Part shown: piece after piece, positions 12,017 through 27,000 of the stretch
Layout: the number at the start of each line of letters is the position of its first letter
How positions within the stretch are numbered: position 1 is the stretch's first letter
Assembly: GCA_023920165.1 (NCBI GenBank)
Contig: CP089277.1
Coordinates: 3,410,001-3,474,000 of the forward strand
DNA from: Curvularia clavata
Taxonomy: Eukaryota
Direction of reading: 5' to 3'
Length of the DNA stretch: 64,000 nucleotides
Translations under genes and position numbers: made by a program
Notes under the pieces: generated by a model
What the model was told of the DNA's origin: nothing
Seen by the model: the letters and a program-made list of their open reading frames with translations, nothing else
Database searches by the model: none

Positions 12017-14861
12017 GTCTTTGTGAGATTATCGTGCCAAGTATGTGACAAGCTTTCCTGTAGACACAGGCTTGGAATAAGCGGAGCGTAATGATGTCGT
12101 TTGATGAAACGCGCGACAAGAAAAGACAGCACGGCAGCGGTGGCGGCGAAGGATGTAAAAGAAGGCAGAAGCAAAGTGCATAAGCAAGTACGGAGCGAGT
12201 GATATTGCGGCACAGCACCGATTTCCGGTCAAACTGGGTAAAGTCAAGCAGGAGATGAGTAGAGAGACTGCGCCGCAAAACGAATCATGACGATAACAGA
12301 TGCCTGGGAATTTGTACCACCTGGAGCCTGCAGGCCGCAGTTTTGCTGTACGAATGCATCGCACAAGCGTCATCCGCGCCATGACAGTGCGTACTACACT
12401 TGTTAGAGCGGCAAGCTTAGTCGAGATAATCATGCTATCCTGGTGGCGACATTGAGCTACGCCGTACGATTGAACACGTTTGAAAGTTTCGAGAGCCGCT
12501 TGTAATGGCCCCGCCTTTGGTACATGGTGCGGGAAGCTTCAGAAGGGTGTAAGGACGTTAGATGTGAGGCTAAGTAGGGAATGATTGGCGGTCCAACACA
12601 CGGAGGCGCTAACATTGATCTGCCATTGGGCGAGGGTACCCTAGGTGCATCGACCGCGCCGCAAAGTTCATATGAAGAGCGCCTGCGGAATTCGCAGAGC
12701 CATCAATGGGGGACCGGGGGGTGGGCCAACAGACGGGCAGTCTTCTGAACGGCTGAGGCCTGCTGCGAGTGTCCAGGGTCGACAGGCAGCGCCTCACAGC
12801 CCCATTCGCTGTGATGCCTAGCGAATCAGCTTTCCAAGGTACCCGTTCAGCCCACGAGTACACCAGCTAGGCACCGCGGCTGTCTCTTTTTTGACAGCTA
12901 GCCAATGATTATTGGTCTCGTGGTCGAAACAAAGAAGAAAGAGGCGTGCTCGGATACGGTTCGCCGCCATCCCACGCGATCTGGTTTTGGTTTGTGGTTC
13001 AGGTTCCCGAGACGCTCCGCCGGGAGCTAGGATCATGAGTTCGCTGATCAAAGCTGGTCCCAGTCGCGTGAGTGGTCACGGACTCGAGTGAGCATACGTA
13101 CTTGCCGACGACCTAGAATCTGAGGCCATGTCCACAGTCGAGGTGGGTGGGTGTGCGCCGCAATATCGAGGTTGTCAAAAAGTGGGTATGGCTGATCCTG
13201 CACTCGCGGATAGAGGCCTTTGTGCTGTCTTGTGCAACCCCATAAGCGCCGTCAGAGTTGATCGATGCCACTACTGGCGCAGCCATGCAAATGGCATACT
13301 TTTTTGCAGGCACAGTAAGCGCACCGGAGATGCTTTTTTAATTAAGCCGAGGCGCATGCATGAGGGGCGTGTAAGCGATACGTTATTGCAGAAGGTAGCC
13401 GGTCGGGTCTTTTGATGGGAAAGCAGTGACTGCATACTCCGACCAGAAGGGCTCGGGAGAGAAGAAAGATGGAGATCGCCGAGACGGAGACCAGGGCGAT
13501 GCGGGTTGCGCGAGAAGCTTGACCGAGAGCGGGCGGTGCCCCAAGATGGAGTATGTACGTACATACCGATGTGGGCTGTGTGCTGTTGGTGGTTAGCTGG
13601 ATTGAGAAGAGCCAACTCAACGACGTCAACTCTTTCCCATCACCACTACTGTCTCACGCCACTTGCTCTTACATATTCCTTGAGCAACACTCGGTATCAT
13701 ATGCTTGACAATTGCCAGATCGACACTCTTACGTATCCTACACCGAATCCCATCACATGCTATCACAGACCACAGTACATGCTGAATCGGCCCGTTGCTC
13801 TGCTGCAGCATTCCTTCCGTCTAGGATCGTCCACACCTCTCGACAGCCAGTAAATTTGCACAGTGATTGGGGGAACCTTGTTGTGGATCGGCCCATTCCT
13901 TCATGTACAGCAATAGTCTTTCCCGTTTCTGCCAGGCCTGCTTTGGATGGATGGGTGCAGTATGTATCCACGCGCCCAACCCGAACGGACAGCCATGACT
14001 TGGCCGAGAAACAGGCGCGATATTCTGGTGCTATTTCCTTTTTGCCAAACTGTTTGGCTTTGATAGGTCACAGAATCCTAAAACACTTCATTGGGTTTGG
14101 TAAGGTAATCCATGTGGCAATTGACTGGTGAACAGCCTACACGTATACCTCGAATCTCCAAACTTTTGACAGTTGTCTTCTCACTACTGCCTTCTCGTAC
14201 ATTATTGGCAACCTGCACTATGTGTCACCTAACCAAGCAGCTGGAGACGGCAGGTAGGAGTGTCTCATAAAGCGCTTCAGATAGCGCATCGTACTATCTA
14301 CTTGTGAGTTAGAGGCTACCAGAATTGATGACCTGCATTCACCGCAAGCCCGAAATGACTACTCACGTGTTGCTAGCGCTTTGAATGAGCCCGTCACCTG
14401 TTTGAGTGCAAACGCACCCAAAGTTACCCAAAACTCCGCCGATGCCTTTACACCGCAAAGCAGCACACGCACTTTTGCAGGTTATGTTGAAATACCTCTT
14501 CTGCAAAGCATCGCCATATTTCCACCTTCGACACCCCAAAGAAACCCTTGCGGTATTGAGGTTTACTCAATGTTCATGCCCGAATCGGTGTGAAAATAAG
14601 CTGTAGTTGCTCAAATTTTCGTTTGTCGCAATGTGTCAATCCAGTTTCATTCACCTGGGTGCCTACACAGTGGAGCTTATCGACTAGTAATGCGTTTGCA
14701 GATTCCTCTTCACCTCCAATGTCAGTGTGCCGCTTGCTAGCGGGTTTACCGCTACCTTTTTTGTTCTCGGAATTCACACTTGCCAACACCGTCTTCAAAT
14801 CCAACTCAGCAACGCGTGGTGCCGTATAGTATGATAGCGGTGCGCAGCTGCGTATCAAGCC

Positions 14862-16534
14862 ATGGAGTTCCCAGCTTCCCAGTTGCAAGCAGGTGTGGCA
14901 TTGACCATGTTTTCGCCAGACGTAGTGCCAGCGCTCTACGGCCAACTCAACTCAGAGCAAAGCACCAACCGCAACCGTGGTCGCGATACCAGGAAAAGCA
15001 TCGGCGAAGGCGACTCAGAACTACACGAGCATGGCGGCAAGAGTAACTTGAAGAAGCTTGGCGATCTCTTTAAACGCAAGCCATACGGCAGCCTCAGCAG
15101 AAGTAGTCGGACCGCTATCCAGCGCTCTCATGAGGAGCAAGAGGCTAGCTACTTGAGGGAACTTGGACCGCCTCAAATACTCTCTCTTGAAGACTCTGCT
15201 TATCCCGAGGACACATGGGCCACCTTCATCGAAGCCGACAGCGAGATCTCTCACAACAAGCGCCTAGGTACCCTGGAAATAGAAAAGAGGAACGATGACC
15301 CTGAAAGCAGCGGCCGCTTCCGTAGTCACCAAAGGGGCAAATCGTTCCACGTCAATTTCACACCTGACGACGTACAACGTATTGCAAAAGAGATCTACGA
15401 CCAGACAATTGCTGACGTACATCTTTCTCTCTTCAGCTACTGGATCAATGAGAGTGAAGAACACTACGAAGAAGCCAAGCGTCACATTCGCGAACTGCGT
15501 CTAGATCATGTATCTATCGATTAACCCCCCTAACTCCTTGTTGACACTCCAAATTTAATGCTAATATATTCCTCGCCAACTAGGGCTACAATCTCGCACG
15601 TATTGCCAACGTCCATCTTCGCAAATTGATGCAAGACGTCTTCGACCAGCGCCCAGTGTATGCCAAGCCCTCCAAACAACTTTCCCTACGCAGAAGTCCC
15701 GGCATTCCTAACCTGCGTGACCCCGGCACAGACTGGTGCCACAAAGGTCTTGAATGGGCGGAGCTAGCATTTGGAACTCTATCTCCGCTGCCTTCGGACT
15801 CCCTTGTTCACGCCTTAGATTCAAACACTTCTACTTCAATAGTGCGGGACTAACGATTCATCGTGTCTAGGGAAGCTTATATCGCATTGAGTAAAAAGAT
15901 TTCTTTGCACGACATGGCCATGGCCACCTCCCGCACGCCCACCTGCCCCCTCTTTCCTCGCATAGATGCTCTTCCGCGGCCTCTACGTGTCGAACGCGAG
16001 CGAGCTGTAAGCCAAGCTGTGCTGCGCCCTGTGTCTACAGATTCCCTATCTCCACCGCAGCGGAAATATCCGCCAGACAGTGCGTCGCTCTCGAACCCGC
16101 AGATATATTCATGTACATCCTCATACTAACGACACCTAGCATCTGACCGCCCGGCACCACTCTCCGTACGCCCCTCTACTGCGAATTTGAGGTCGTCTCC
16201 TTCCCTTTCAATCGGCTTCACGTCCTCGGAATCGGCTCCTCCCCTGCCCTTTGGCTTTCCCTCTCCCAGGTCGACTCTTCGTGTCTCGAACAGCAACTCC
16301 CCAGCTCTGGCATCATATACGAGTTCTCTATATGATGACGACAAATTCGACGACGAACAGACAGATAAGGAAGACGAAGGTGATTCGACATGGGAGTCCC
16401 GAGTCGCAGACATCTACGAGCGAGTTATAGGGTTAGAGAGGCCTGAGCAGTTGGATCAGGTGATTGAAGAGCTACAAGGACTCAAGGCCCTATACTGCAA
16501 TACTCCCACTCCTTCGCCAAAGAAGCGTTCTTGA
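14862..16534 (+). CDS. Hypothetical protein; probable 4 exons (alternative start at 14907)
   Basis: ORF pieces join in frame using introns 15510-15583, 15658-15870 and 16080-16139, each with a GT donor, CTAAY branch point and TAG acceptor. No recognisable domain. Confidence 0.55.
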
Positions 16535-17686
16535 GGGATAAGACTGAGAGGATGTTTCAACATACTGGTTTCTCTTATGGCTTGTGGTAGAAGTATTGGG
16601 ATTTATTGGCACTATCAGTTTGTGAAGGTGCTGAACATCAGACACTTGAAGGCAAGGAAAGGCGTGCTATTTTCTCATCGGGACATATATCACGGCTATA
16701 AAGGACGATAGAGCATCCATTCTATGTCCCAGTCGATAGTAATATGAAGCATGTATCACGGTAGAAGTACATACAATTGAACCATTTCGAGTCCTCTCAT
16801 AAAGAGCTGAACCTGAGGGAGGGAGGTGCTTGGTGAGTTTGTTTTTGCTGTTTGGCTTTCTTTGGCGATTGAAGGTGAAGGTGGAAGGGGTCAGTGCGGC
16901 GCTGATGACGCACACGCGTTCTGTAAGGTGTCTTGGGTAAAGAAACACGCGTGGGGTCTTAGACACCACTCAAGAGAGATCTGAGATATATATTTTTGCT
17001 ATAAGTGTGATCTTAATAATCACGCAGGAAGACGTCTCCACCAAGAACTACCAAAGTGTGGTCCTGTTGCGGAAATATGACCTTCTTAGCCACCACAAAA
17101 TTGCGATTCTGTTGATATGCAGGAGAAGAGATTGTTCTAAGTTTCTGTGTCATAATAATTCTGCAAACAAAATTGAGATAGCAACCATGCAAACAAAGTA
17201 CTCTTGTCATTGCATGAATATAATCTTATTTCATTATGTAAATATAATGATCTTGGTATGTAGATATCATTAGTTGGACAGCAAGTACAAGATCGCCTCT
17301 AAGCAAGTCTTGTCTTGGGCCTCTTCTTCTAGTGTCGTCAACGTAACTATGCTGATCATTGCTGTTTCGCTTCGTGCTGGCGCATGTGATGAATTGCTTT
17401 GTACCGACTTCGGGAGAGCGGCAGCGTAGAACTACACGTTTGAGCAGCAGTCTGATGTGTTTGAGTCAGCGCCATGACGGCCAGCTTGTAGGACGCGCCA
17501 GAGAGAAACTAGCACATCGGTGATTATGTCCCTATGCGCAGGTAGCCTGGGTGACCGGCGTATAGAGCTGCGTACTATCGTACCCCAAGGTGACGAAGCC
17601 TGATTTGGGATTGTAGTCGTTCGAATTCGAGCAGTGTGGTCTTTGCCTAGGCAGCTGAGTGTGGGGTTCGAAACTTTTCCCTCTCC

Positions 17687-19527
17687 CTATCCATGACTCT
17701 CGCTCCTTCGGTGAGTTTCCTTAGGCACCTCCAGCGTGTCTCGCCGTCTTGGTTGCCGAGCAGGACTCGTTTCTATACGCGGCGTTTCCGGCACAGGTGG
17801 TGGTGAACTGGCTCCAATATCTGATGTAGATCGAATACTCGCTGCATACGTGCTACTTGCTCTTGCTTCCCGGATTCGATCAAAGTTCCGACTGGTGCTT
17901 GCCAAGTCTGGGTTGCGCAAGCCTTCCCCTGGTACTTCTGGAAACGACTTCGTCGCCTCGTTGGTGCTGCTGCGTTCTAGGTCGAGTTTCTCGTGTACGG
18001 CATCGCCAAGGTAGTTGCCAGCAGAGGTCAGCCATCTACGTACTTTGTGTCTGCCGGCTGTAGGGTAATGGTCTTCCTGACGGGTTCCATTGGTTTGGAC
18101 GCTATCAAGACCTGGATGTGTGATGGTCGGGATCAATGCAATATCATTCGGTGACTCTGATCGTATGCCCAAGGCGTTGGCTCGGATGGTCTCACTAAAG
18201 GCGGAGTTCCTCTGCGACATCGGAGAACGCTGTGAAAGCGGAGATGGACATGGTTCGCTGGTATGACTGTGGCGTGGCGAGTTTAAGTGCTCGCCTTGTG
18301 TCATATGCCTGTTTTCAGTGGTCTCTTCGTCACTGGTTGACCACAGTATATACAGAGATCCAATCGCACCCAAAATTGTACCTGCTATAGGCGACCATTG
18401 CCCTACACGAAGTGTTAGAAATAAAAATCGAGCTAGTGAGGCAACCTTACCAAAAGAACCCATGGGCTCCGTCATATACCTCATTTGAGGGCTGAAGAAG
18501 TTGGCTTCGCCAATTCCAATTAGGGTTAAGATGACTGCACCGAAGAGTGGTATCTCAATGACGGTCAGGAATGATCGTACGAGATGATTGATGTTTCTCA
18601 ACTCTCCAACCGTCATGTTGGCCCCTTCAATACGTGCGTCTAATTCTTCTACATGTCGTCGTCTCCTCCAGTTGGCTTGCAAGACCTTGTCCCAGGTGAA
18701 GATCAAGGACAGGATTGCTGGTATACAGAAGCCTGCCGCCAGGAGCATTCCAGCGTTGAAGGTCAGAATCTGGGGTACAGGAATCACATAGATGTCGGCT
18801 GCAGAGCCACCTCGGAGGGGTGACCTCGGACCTGCTGATTCAGAACATGTTAGGTTGCAGTTTGGTTGTTGTTGTAAAAAGGCGGCGCTTCCTCGGGGCG
18901 AGTTCGCGCTGACATTGATGTTGCAGTCGGTTGGCGTCACGCGGTAGAACTCAACACATAGGGCCAACAAGCCCATAAGAATCAAAATGGTCCATAAGAA
19001 GATGATGTTCCTTCCTGGCGTGTAAAAATACGTGCGCGAGAGTCGCACAGTGAGAGGAGCAGCCAAGATTCCAATTGCGCAAACTTGAAAGGCACCAAAG
19101 ATATCTAGATCAATAGCTCCTGGAGACGGCAAGGGTTAGCACAGGGCTTTTTGCAGTTCTTGGAGATTCTTGGGGTGGTGGTACTGACCATTCTGGTGTG
19201 CAGCCGCGAGCACGATGCAATGGAGCGCCGAGATGGCTGGAAGAATCAAAACGGCCGCCAAGCAGGTATTGCGCAACCACTCAGCTTTCCGGAAAGTGAC
19301 ACATGCCGCAACCAGGACGTAGTAGAGGATCTGGAGGTTGGTGTAAGTGGTGTGCTGGACCCCAAGCCGGGTATCTGGAAGGTACTTACACGCGACCCGG
19401 CACCGTAGTTGGAAGAAATGGGCCAGGTACAGACGACTTGGAATGCCACGCTAGTTGGCGAAGACGAGGGTGCAATGGTCGTAGTACTCGGCGTGGCGAT
19501 GTTGGGGAGTGTTGGAGTAGCTGACAT
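17687..19527 (-). CDS. Fungal multi-pass membrane protein of unknown function (about 7-8 TM helices, long cytoplasmic tail); 4 exons
   Basis: N-terminal VCTWPISSNYGAGSRILYYVL, several hydrophobic helices and a Cys-containing loop. Introns at 19331-19389, about 19120-19188, and 18403-18450. Confidence 0.8.
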
Positions 19528-20318
19528 ATTCACACCGTATCTTCACAGGCGGGCAAGATGGAGACTGGCATTATGTACAGAGGATCCTGGCACAAAAAGC
19601 AGCCACATTGGCATTACCAATAGCACAAGCAGGCAGACGTGTGTCCAGTGAGGCGAAGGTGCTAAGAAATGCCAATTGTCTGGGGTAAGAAAGAAGGCAT
19701 CATTTACCGGTGAGCGTTTCTGGTAGCTAAAGGGCGAAGCGTGGCTGAGCGTTTAGAGCATGACCTGCCTGGGCAGCCGATATTAGCTCACAGCACGCCT
19801 GACAACGTAAGGCCACGACGGAGGGTAATCCACCAAAACGCAGTGAGCAAGACTAGAAAAAACTAAAAGACTGGTGCGCTTGAAAAGGAGACAGACCGGG
19901 CGAGGCTATGGCATTCTCTGGTGCTTGCCACTCGTTTTCGGTGAGGAACTTGCCCTAGCCCTCGCCTGCAGCCCAACGAAGCATGCAGCCGGGCGCAGCG
20001 CGCTGCATGGAACCCTCCTTCGGTGCAGGCGTGAGCGGGCAGCTTGGCTTTCCATTTTCTCCCTCTAGCTATACACCGTCTCCGTTAACCTCGCACAAGA
20101 GCTTGGGAGCCTCATTTTCATTCAATGCTCGCGTCGTGCGTCATCGCAACCACCAAATCTTGCTTCTACCAACGGCTTGTGTGGTGACATCCCAGCGCAC
20201 CGGCGCTCCATCACCCGTGAATCGGGCCTATAGGAAAGCTTAGTCGCGCATATCTCGACTTCTGGAATCCTTCTTCCCTTCCTTCCTCCAGAAACTACCT
20301 CCAGTGTAGACCCTGAAC

Positions 20319-22597
20319 ATGTTCGCCGCGCGCGCAACGGAGCCAGAGAGGCCCAATCTTGATACCAACGAAATCAAGACATGGCGCTCCATAGTCACGC
20401 TCATCGTTTTTGTTCTGACCAGTAAGTCGAGTATGCGCACCAACTGTCGCAGATGCCCAACTAACTTTCCATGTCTTTAGACATCAATGTCTTGTTTCCC
20501 TTCCATATACCCATTTATATACCGCGGGTAGCCTGGAAGCTATGTCTCGACGTCCTCAGTGGAATGCGCATTATCCCACCGCCCCAGCATCCAACTAGAG
20601 TGCGCAATGGTCGGCCAGGCGCTTTTGTGCGTTTCAATTTCCCCATGAACTTCATTACCGCTCCTTTGATAGCCGATCTCTTCCTGCTCGCCATTCTTGC
20701 AATCGGAGCAAAAGAAGTAAGAGGTGGTACGCTTGGAGACCAAGGCATTGTCCCCTACGACATTATGCTCTTTTTCCTCTCGCTCGCATACATCGCAATC
20801 TCCGTCGACGCCTCTGGTTTGATCAGATGGCTGGCTTTTAAGGTGTTGCAGAAAGGAGGAAAGGTTGGCCACAGGTTGTTCTTCTATCTGTATGCCTTCT
20901 TCTTTGCACTCACATCTCTTATCGGCAACGACCCTATCATTCTGTCCGGCACCGCTTTCCTGTCTTACATGACACGCGTGTCGAGTAACATCAAGCACCC
21001 AAGGGCGTGGATTTTCACCCAATTTTCCGTGGCCAACATCGCATCAGCTATCCTCGTCTCTTCCAACCCGACGAACCTTGTATTGGCGGGAGCGTTCAAG
21101 ATCACCTTCATCAAGTACACGGCCAACGTCATCGTCCCAGTCCTTGCGACGGGCATTGTGCTGTATCCGTTCTTGCTGTACATTATCTTCCACGACGAGT
21201 CTCTCATTCCAACCACTATCAAGATGGAGGATCTTCCAGACGAGCTCAAGGTAGGAAATTTGTATTATCCCCATGGCCATTGCTAATGCGAAAACCGATA
21301 GAACAAAAAACCAGTGAACCCGAACATCCCATTCGCCAAAGGTGGACTCGATGACAGCGAGGCGGATCCCAACAGCGACAATGAGCAAGAGAAGAAGCAG
21401 TCTCTGGAAGAAGTCTTGAACCCATTTTTGGATCGGAAAGGCGCCATGTTTGGAGCGGTTCTCATGGCAGCTACTCTAGTGACAGTGCTTGCTCTTAACG
21501 CGGCATCCACAGGCACACATGAGCGTCCTGTATTCTGGGTTACGCTACCTGCTGCGTTCATCATGCTCTGCTTCGATCTCACCATGGGCTGGCTCAGCAG
21601 AAAAGAGACACGCAAAATTGCTCACGAAGGTCGGCTGCGAATGGAGACCGCACTTGCAGAAAGAGAGGAAGCCAGAAGGATGTCGATTGCACAGGGAGAT
21701 CTCAGCGATGTAACTGCGCAGGGCACTCCTACTCCAAGTCAGAACCTGGATGAGAAAGCAAAGTCAATCGCAGAGGCTTCTGGTCACACCCCCAACGGAA
21801 GGGCTCAGGAAATAACGCCAAGCGAACCTACCTCACAAGGAGATGAGAAGCTGGAAACCACCAAGAAGTCTGTACCGACTACTCTGACATCGCTTACCCA
21901 AGATGCGTACAGATGGGCACAAGAGACTTTCCCAACAACCATGACAGTATTTCACCACCTTCCCCTCGCCCTGGTTCCATTCGCCTTTTGTATGTTCGTC
22001 CTAGTCCAAGCACTAGTCACCAAAGGCTGGGTACCAGTATTTGCATATGGCTGGGACCACTGGGTAGAAAAGACGGGAACCATTGGCGCAATCGGCGGCA
22101 TGGGCTTCGTCTCAGTCATCCTTTGCAACGTAAGTACTGAAAACAGAGATAGGAGGTCTTGGTGTTTAGACTGACATGACTTGTTTATAGTTCGCAGGTA
22201 CAAATATCGGCACCACGATCCTCATCTCCCGTGTCATTCAGGCATGGGAGGAGATCCACCGTCAGAACGGGCGACCCATTTCTGACCGCACCTTCTGGGG
22301 CACTATCTACAGGTATACAGATTCATTGCAAGATGTCTCGCATCACGCAAAATGCTAACTCTACTTTCCAGTATGGCCATCGGCGTCAACTACGGCGCCT
22401 TCAGTCTCGCCTTCAGCGCCTCCTTGGCCGGTATGCTCTGGCGCGATATCCTAGGCAGAAAACACATTCGTGTCGGTGGTCTCGAATTTGCTCGCGTCAA
22501 TCTACCTATTATCGCGATCACCATGCTCGTTGGGTTGGTGGTACTGGTTGGTGAGATCTACATCATCAGGAACAACGAGCCGTATTCGCTTTCTTGA
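20319..22597 (+). CDS. ArsB/NhaD (IT superfamily) permease, arsenical-pump-like; 5 exons
   Basis: Many TM helices and motifs GNDPIILSGT, SSNPTNLVL, GTNIGTTIL and SASLAGMLW. Introns 20422-20480, 21251-21301, 22130-22190, 22313-22372. Confidence 0.85.
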
Positions 22598-24005
22598 GAT
22601 GCGTATTCTGCATTCTGGACAAGATTCAATCACACATCGACGGTTAGAGAGCAGAGTTTCGGCCGAGGATGTCCGGGAAACGCTTCTCGTCCGCGTCACA
22701 GGGCAAGGAGAGATGGATATCCAGGCTCCGTCGAGTTAAGCGTCAAGAAAACTTCGCGTTGCCGCGGTCACGGTTGTTCCAATCGATGTAGACAAGCTTC
22801 CTCTCGACGTACTCCGTTTAGGACTCAACTAGCATCCATTGTTCCTGTACGAGAAGCAAACGCTACACGATAAACAGCCGTGGCCTCTACTCTGCAGCGC
22901 CAACAATATAAGTCGGGTTGTTAGTATCATGTTATACATGACGAACAAGGCAGGGGACAGGGGAAAGGGAAAAGGGAAAGGGAGCAAAAGTTAATAATCG
23001 ACAGGTAAATGTTACAGACCAAAAGAAGAGAGAAGAGGATATATAGAGCTGTAGATTGAAGAAACGCAAGTGTTACAAGAGCGAAAAGCTTATACGTTAC
23101 TCCACATCATCTCCATTCGTATCTTTTCCGTGTTCATAGTTAATATCGGAGCAAACTTACCATCTTTGCCTAACTTAGACACCTCGCATCCTCTTCTCCA
23201 TCCATGAGACGAGAACGAAGTAGGATTATATGCTACACTTCACGAAGCGAAATGCACCACAACAAGCACAAATTGATTATGCAAATCGTAAAGAGATTAA
23301 AAAAAAGTTGTATTCTCCATTCCTCTCTACTTCTCCTTTCACAGCCCTAGATGCAACCACGTCTGCTATCCAAGCCACCAGCCACACATGTACTTTCTTC
23401 TTCTCTCATACCCCTCCAGTTCGAAAAGCGCCAAAAAAAAACTACCTTGCATATGTATACTTTCTCGCTTCATTAAAAGGTCCACCCAAAGAACCAAGAA
23501 AAACAAAAGGAGAGGAAAAAGCTCGCAATCTTCTTTTTCGCCATGCAAGTCTTTTCAAAAACGCCAAAGTGCAGATTACCCTTGATTTTCCCTTGGTGCT
23601 CTCAAAAGAAGCAAAGACAAGACCGACAACGCCCCATCCGATCCAAAGAGGAAAGGAAACAAGATGCATATATACTTATGAAGAAAGAGAAAAAAGGAGG
23701 AATTTATGACCTCCTGCCCCATTCCATGTCAGGATTGAGCAAGCACGTTACGAGGGGTCGCTGTATGTACAAGAAGAAAGTAAGCAAAAGAAAAAACGTC
23801 GTCGCTCCGTCAGTGAGGGAGAGAAGGAAGAGCGACGTGCCCAAGTTATGCAGGGGCTCTGAAAAAGAGAGAGATGGGTAGTGGTATCGTGCAGAGAGAG
23901 AGAGACAATCATACGAACCGAATGGTGCCAACACGGCCGGTTCAAGTAAGCAGGAACGAGGAACTTTTCGTGACAGAAACAGACAAGACGATACAAAGCC
24001 GCGGT

Positions 24006-27000
24006 TTACGCCGCCGGCAATGTCAGCGGCGACGGTGGATGCGACTCTGTAGCCACGAGTCGGTCAGCCGTGCGGGGTCCAGCAGCAAAGGGTGCCGCGT
24101 CCGTCATCTTGGCAACAGCTTGCGTTGTTCCGTTTGAAGAGGACGAGATGTCGGCGACGGAGTTTGGCGGTGTTGTTTCTGCTTCTTCGGGGATCGTCTG
24201 ACAGTATGTTTTCAGGACGTGTTTGAGGGCTGGACGGCGGATAGGCTTTGAGAGGAAGAAGTCCATGCCTGAATCCAGACATTCCTGTGATGTATTGTTA
24301 GAACGACACATGGTTTTGCGGTGGGACACTGGATACATACCTTTACATTACTCTCCTCGGCGTACGCAGTGAGAGCGACAATAGGCGCTGAGAAGCCGGA
24401 TTGTCGGATGAGTCGTGTTGATTGCAAGCCGTCTAGGTTCGGCATCTGCACGTCCATGAAAATCAGATTGTACGGCGCCTGGTGCTCCATGCTTTCCTTG
24501 ACCTTGTCGAGGGCTTCTTGGCCATCTTTTGCAACTGTCACGTCATAGACGTCCTCAAGCTTCAGCATACGCAGCACGACTTCCTGGTTAGTCTTATTGT
24601 CCTCTGCGACAAGAACCTTGACCTTGTCACCACGTTTCGTGGCTTCTGCTTCTACCCGCTTCATAGCTGCTACCTGCGAGTTTGGCGATTCAAGAGGTGC
24701 ATTCGAAGCAAAGAATGGTTGACTGAGACCAACGAGACGGGGTTGGTTGTCTGCCTCGAATGCCACAGGACCCGGCGGTGCGGTAGCAGCCGAAGTAGCA
24801 ATGCTGATAGGGCTGTTAGCTCCGGAGCGTAACGAACGGGCCGACCGCGCATCATCGTGTGATCGACCCCGCGGAGGTTCGTCGATCGACAGGCTTCGCC
24901 GCGGGGTTGCAAGCCTTGAACTTGCGGTGCTGTCGGCTCGACTGGCCACGTGCTTCAGTGGGATGACCATGGTGAAGACACTCCCGTGGCCAACCTCGCT
25001 CTTGAGACCAATCGTACCCTTCATCAAACCAGCTAGTTGCGAGCAGATACTCAAACCAAGACCGGTACCTCCAAACTTCTTGCTGAGACCCAAATCACCC
25101 TGGACAAAAGGCTCGAAAATCTTGGAATGCAAATGCTCGGGAATACCCGGGCCAGTGTCTTCGACTTCAAACTCAAATGTCAGCCAACGTCCTGGCGGTG
25201 GTGTTGCAGCGCGCTCCTGTAGCATGTAGTGTGAGTACGCATTTCCCTTGTCTATGGCGTTGATTACATTGGCAGTGTCATAGTGATTCGGGGTCGCTAC
25301 TGATACAGACCCAACTTCAGAGGCCGATGCTCTTACGCGGGCCTTGGAGTTGCGCGTTGAGCTCTGTCGTGACTGTACCGAAGCTTTGCGGCTGTTTGAT
25401 ACTTGGGCCTCGCCGGGGCATCGAATCGTGAGCGTAACGGAGCCACCCTGGGGAGTGAATTTCAGACTGTTGGACACAAGATTGATCACCACCTGAAGTA
25501 TGCGATGCTGGTCTCCGTACAAAACCATATCTTTCAGTCGGCCAAGTCCAAAAGGTCCCAGATCGCGTAGCTCGTTGGGCCGACCGTTCTCATCCAGATT
25601 GTTCTCGTACGGTCCCTCAAAATCCACCGATAACTTGATGCCGCCCTCCCTTGCCTGCTTGTCGAAAATAGCCAGGACCTGGGAGCTGATATCTCGCAGA
25701 CGAAACTCTTTCTCGTCCAGGCTCAGCTGCTGTCCGACCTGGTTCTTGCTAAACGTCAAGAGATCTGTCAACAAATTCAAAAGTAGATCTCCGCTCTTGT
25801 AGATGATGCCTAAAGATCGCTTCAACTTGACGGGGTCGTCCTCTGACATGCAAACAGCGCACATGCCCAAGATGCCGTTCAGCGGTGTCTTGAGTTCATG
25901 CGAGATGTTCGCGATAAAGAGCGTTTTGCTCTCATTCGCGGCCTCTGCAGCCCTCTTACTTTGCTCCAACTCTGCCGTTCTCTGCGCCACTCTCTCTTCG
26001 AGTTTCTCATACTGCATCATAAGCTCATCCGTCATCTCGTTGAATGTGGCTGTCAAATCGGTGAGCTCGTCGTGGATAAAGTGCTTGCGGTCCTTGACCT
26101 TGGCCGGGATGCGGAACTGTCTGCGCCTCTCTGCCTCCTTCTTTTCTGCTCGATTGAGTTTTGCATTTCTGCGGTAGTGTATGATCTGGCCAAAGAAGCC
26201 CTCCTTGCGAGCCAGTGCTGCATCGTCCGGACCATCGGGTGCGCCGTCATTCTGCGAGCTGAAGTCGTCATCTTCAAAAGACGCGGGCGACACCGTCTTC
26301 TTAGTAGCGTCTCGTAACCTTCTGATGGGCTGGCTGGAAAAGTGGGCAACCGGGAACGCAACAATCAACATGGCACCAACGGTTCCAAAGACACAGGCGA
26401 TAATGATGTTGCGAAGACGGACGATGGGCTCCCAGACCTCCTTGCGTGTCTGCTCCACTACAATCATCCAATCAATCATGGGACTCTGGACAATGGCATA
26501 TCCGACAGCGACCTTGTCGCCTCGTTCGTTTTCCGTGGGCACGATGCTACCGGCATTACTAGTTGCACCGGTTGCCTGAGTGAAGCCTTTGCGGATAGCT
26601 GGGTATTTCGTCCAATCGAAGGGTGGTAGGTCGAGAGCAGTGTCGTATTGCCCATGTCGCTGTAGATCCTTTCTGTACGTCGGTGGGGCAACGAAGCGTA
26701 CTTGCATATGCTCCGGGGGGGTCGGATGTTCGGTATCCCACAAGTAGCTGGGCGGGAATACGTTCGTCACATTGCTAGGCCCAAAGAGCAACGTCAGCCC
26801 GCTTTTGTCGAGCCCATCGATGGCGTCGACAACATTGGTAATCAGTGTGGCGTCCAGAACGGTCGTGAGCCACCCTAGAGTGTCGATATTGGATGTGTTG
26901 TTGATAATGGGGGCTGTAATGGAGACCAGACTAAGAGAATCGTTGACACGATACGGGCCGAGGAAAAGGTAACTGCTATTATCAATAGTCCTTCCCTCAA

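Noticed and set aside
18519..18529. TTAGGGTTA as a telomerase RNA template or interstitial telomere
   Set aside because: It is a single copy inside a protein-coding exon.
22470..23996. Short ORFs between the ArsB-type gene and SLN1
   Set aside because: A-rich/T-rich convergent 3'-UTR sequence with no coding features.
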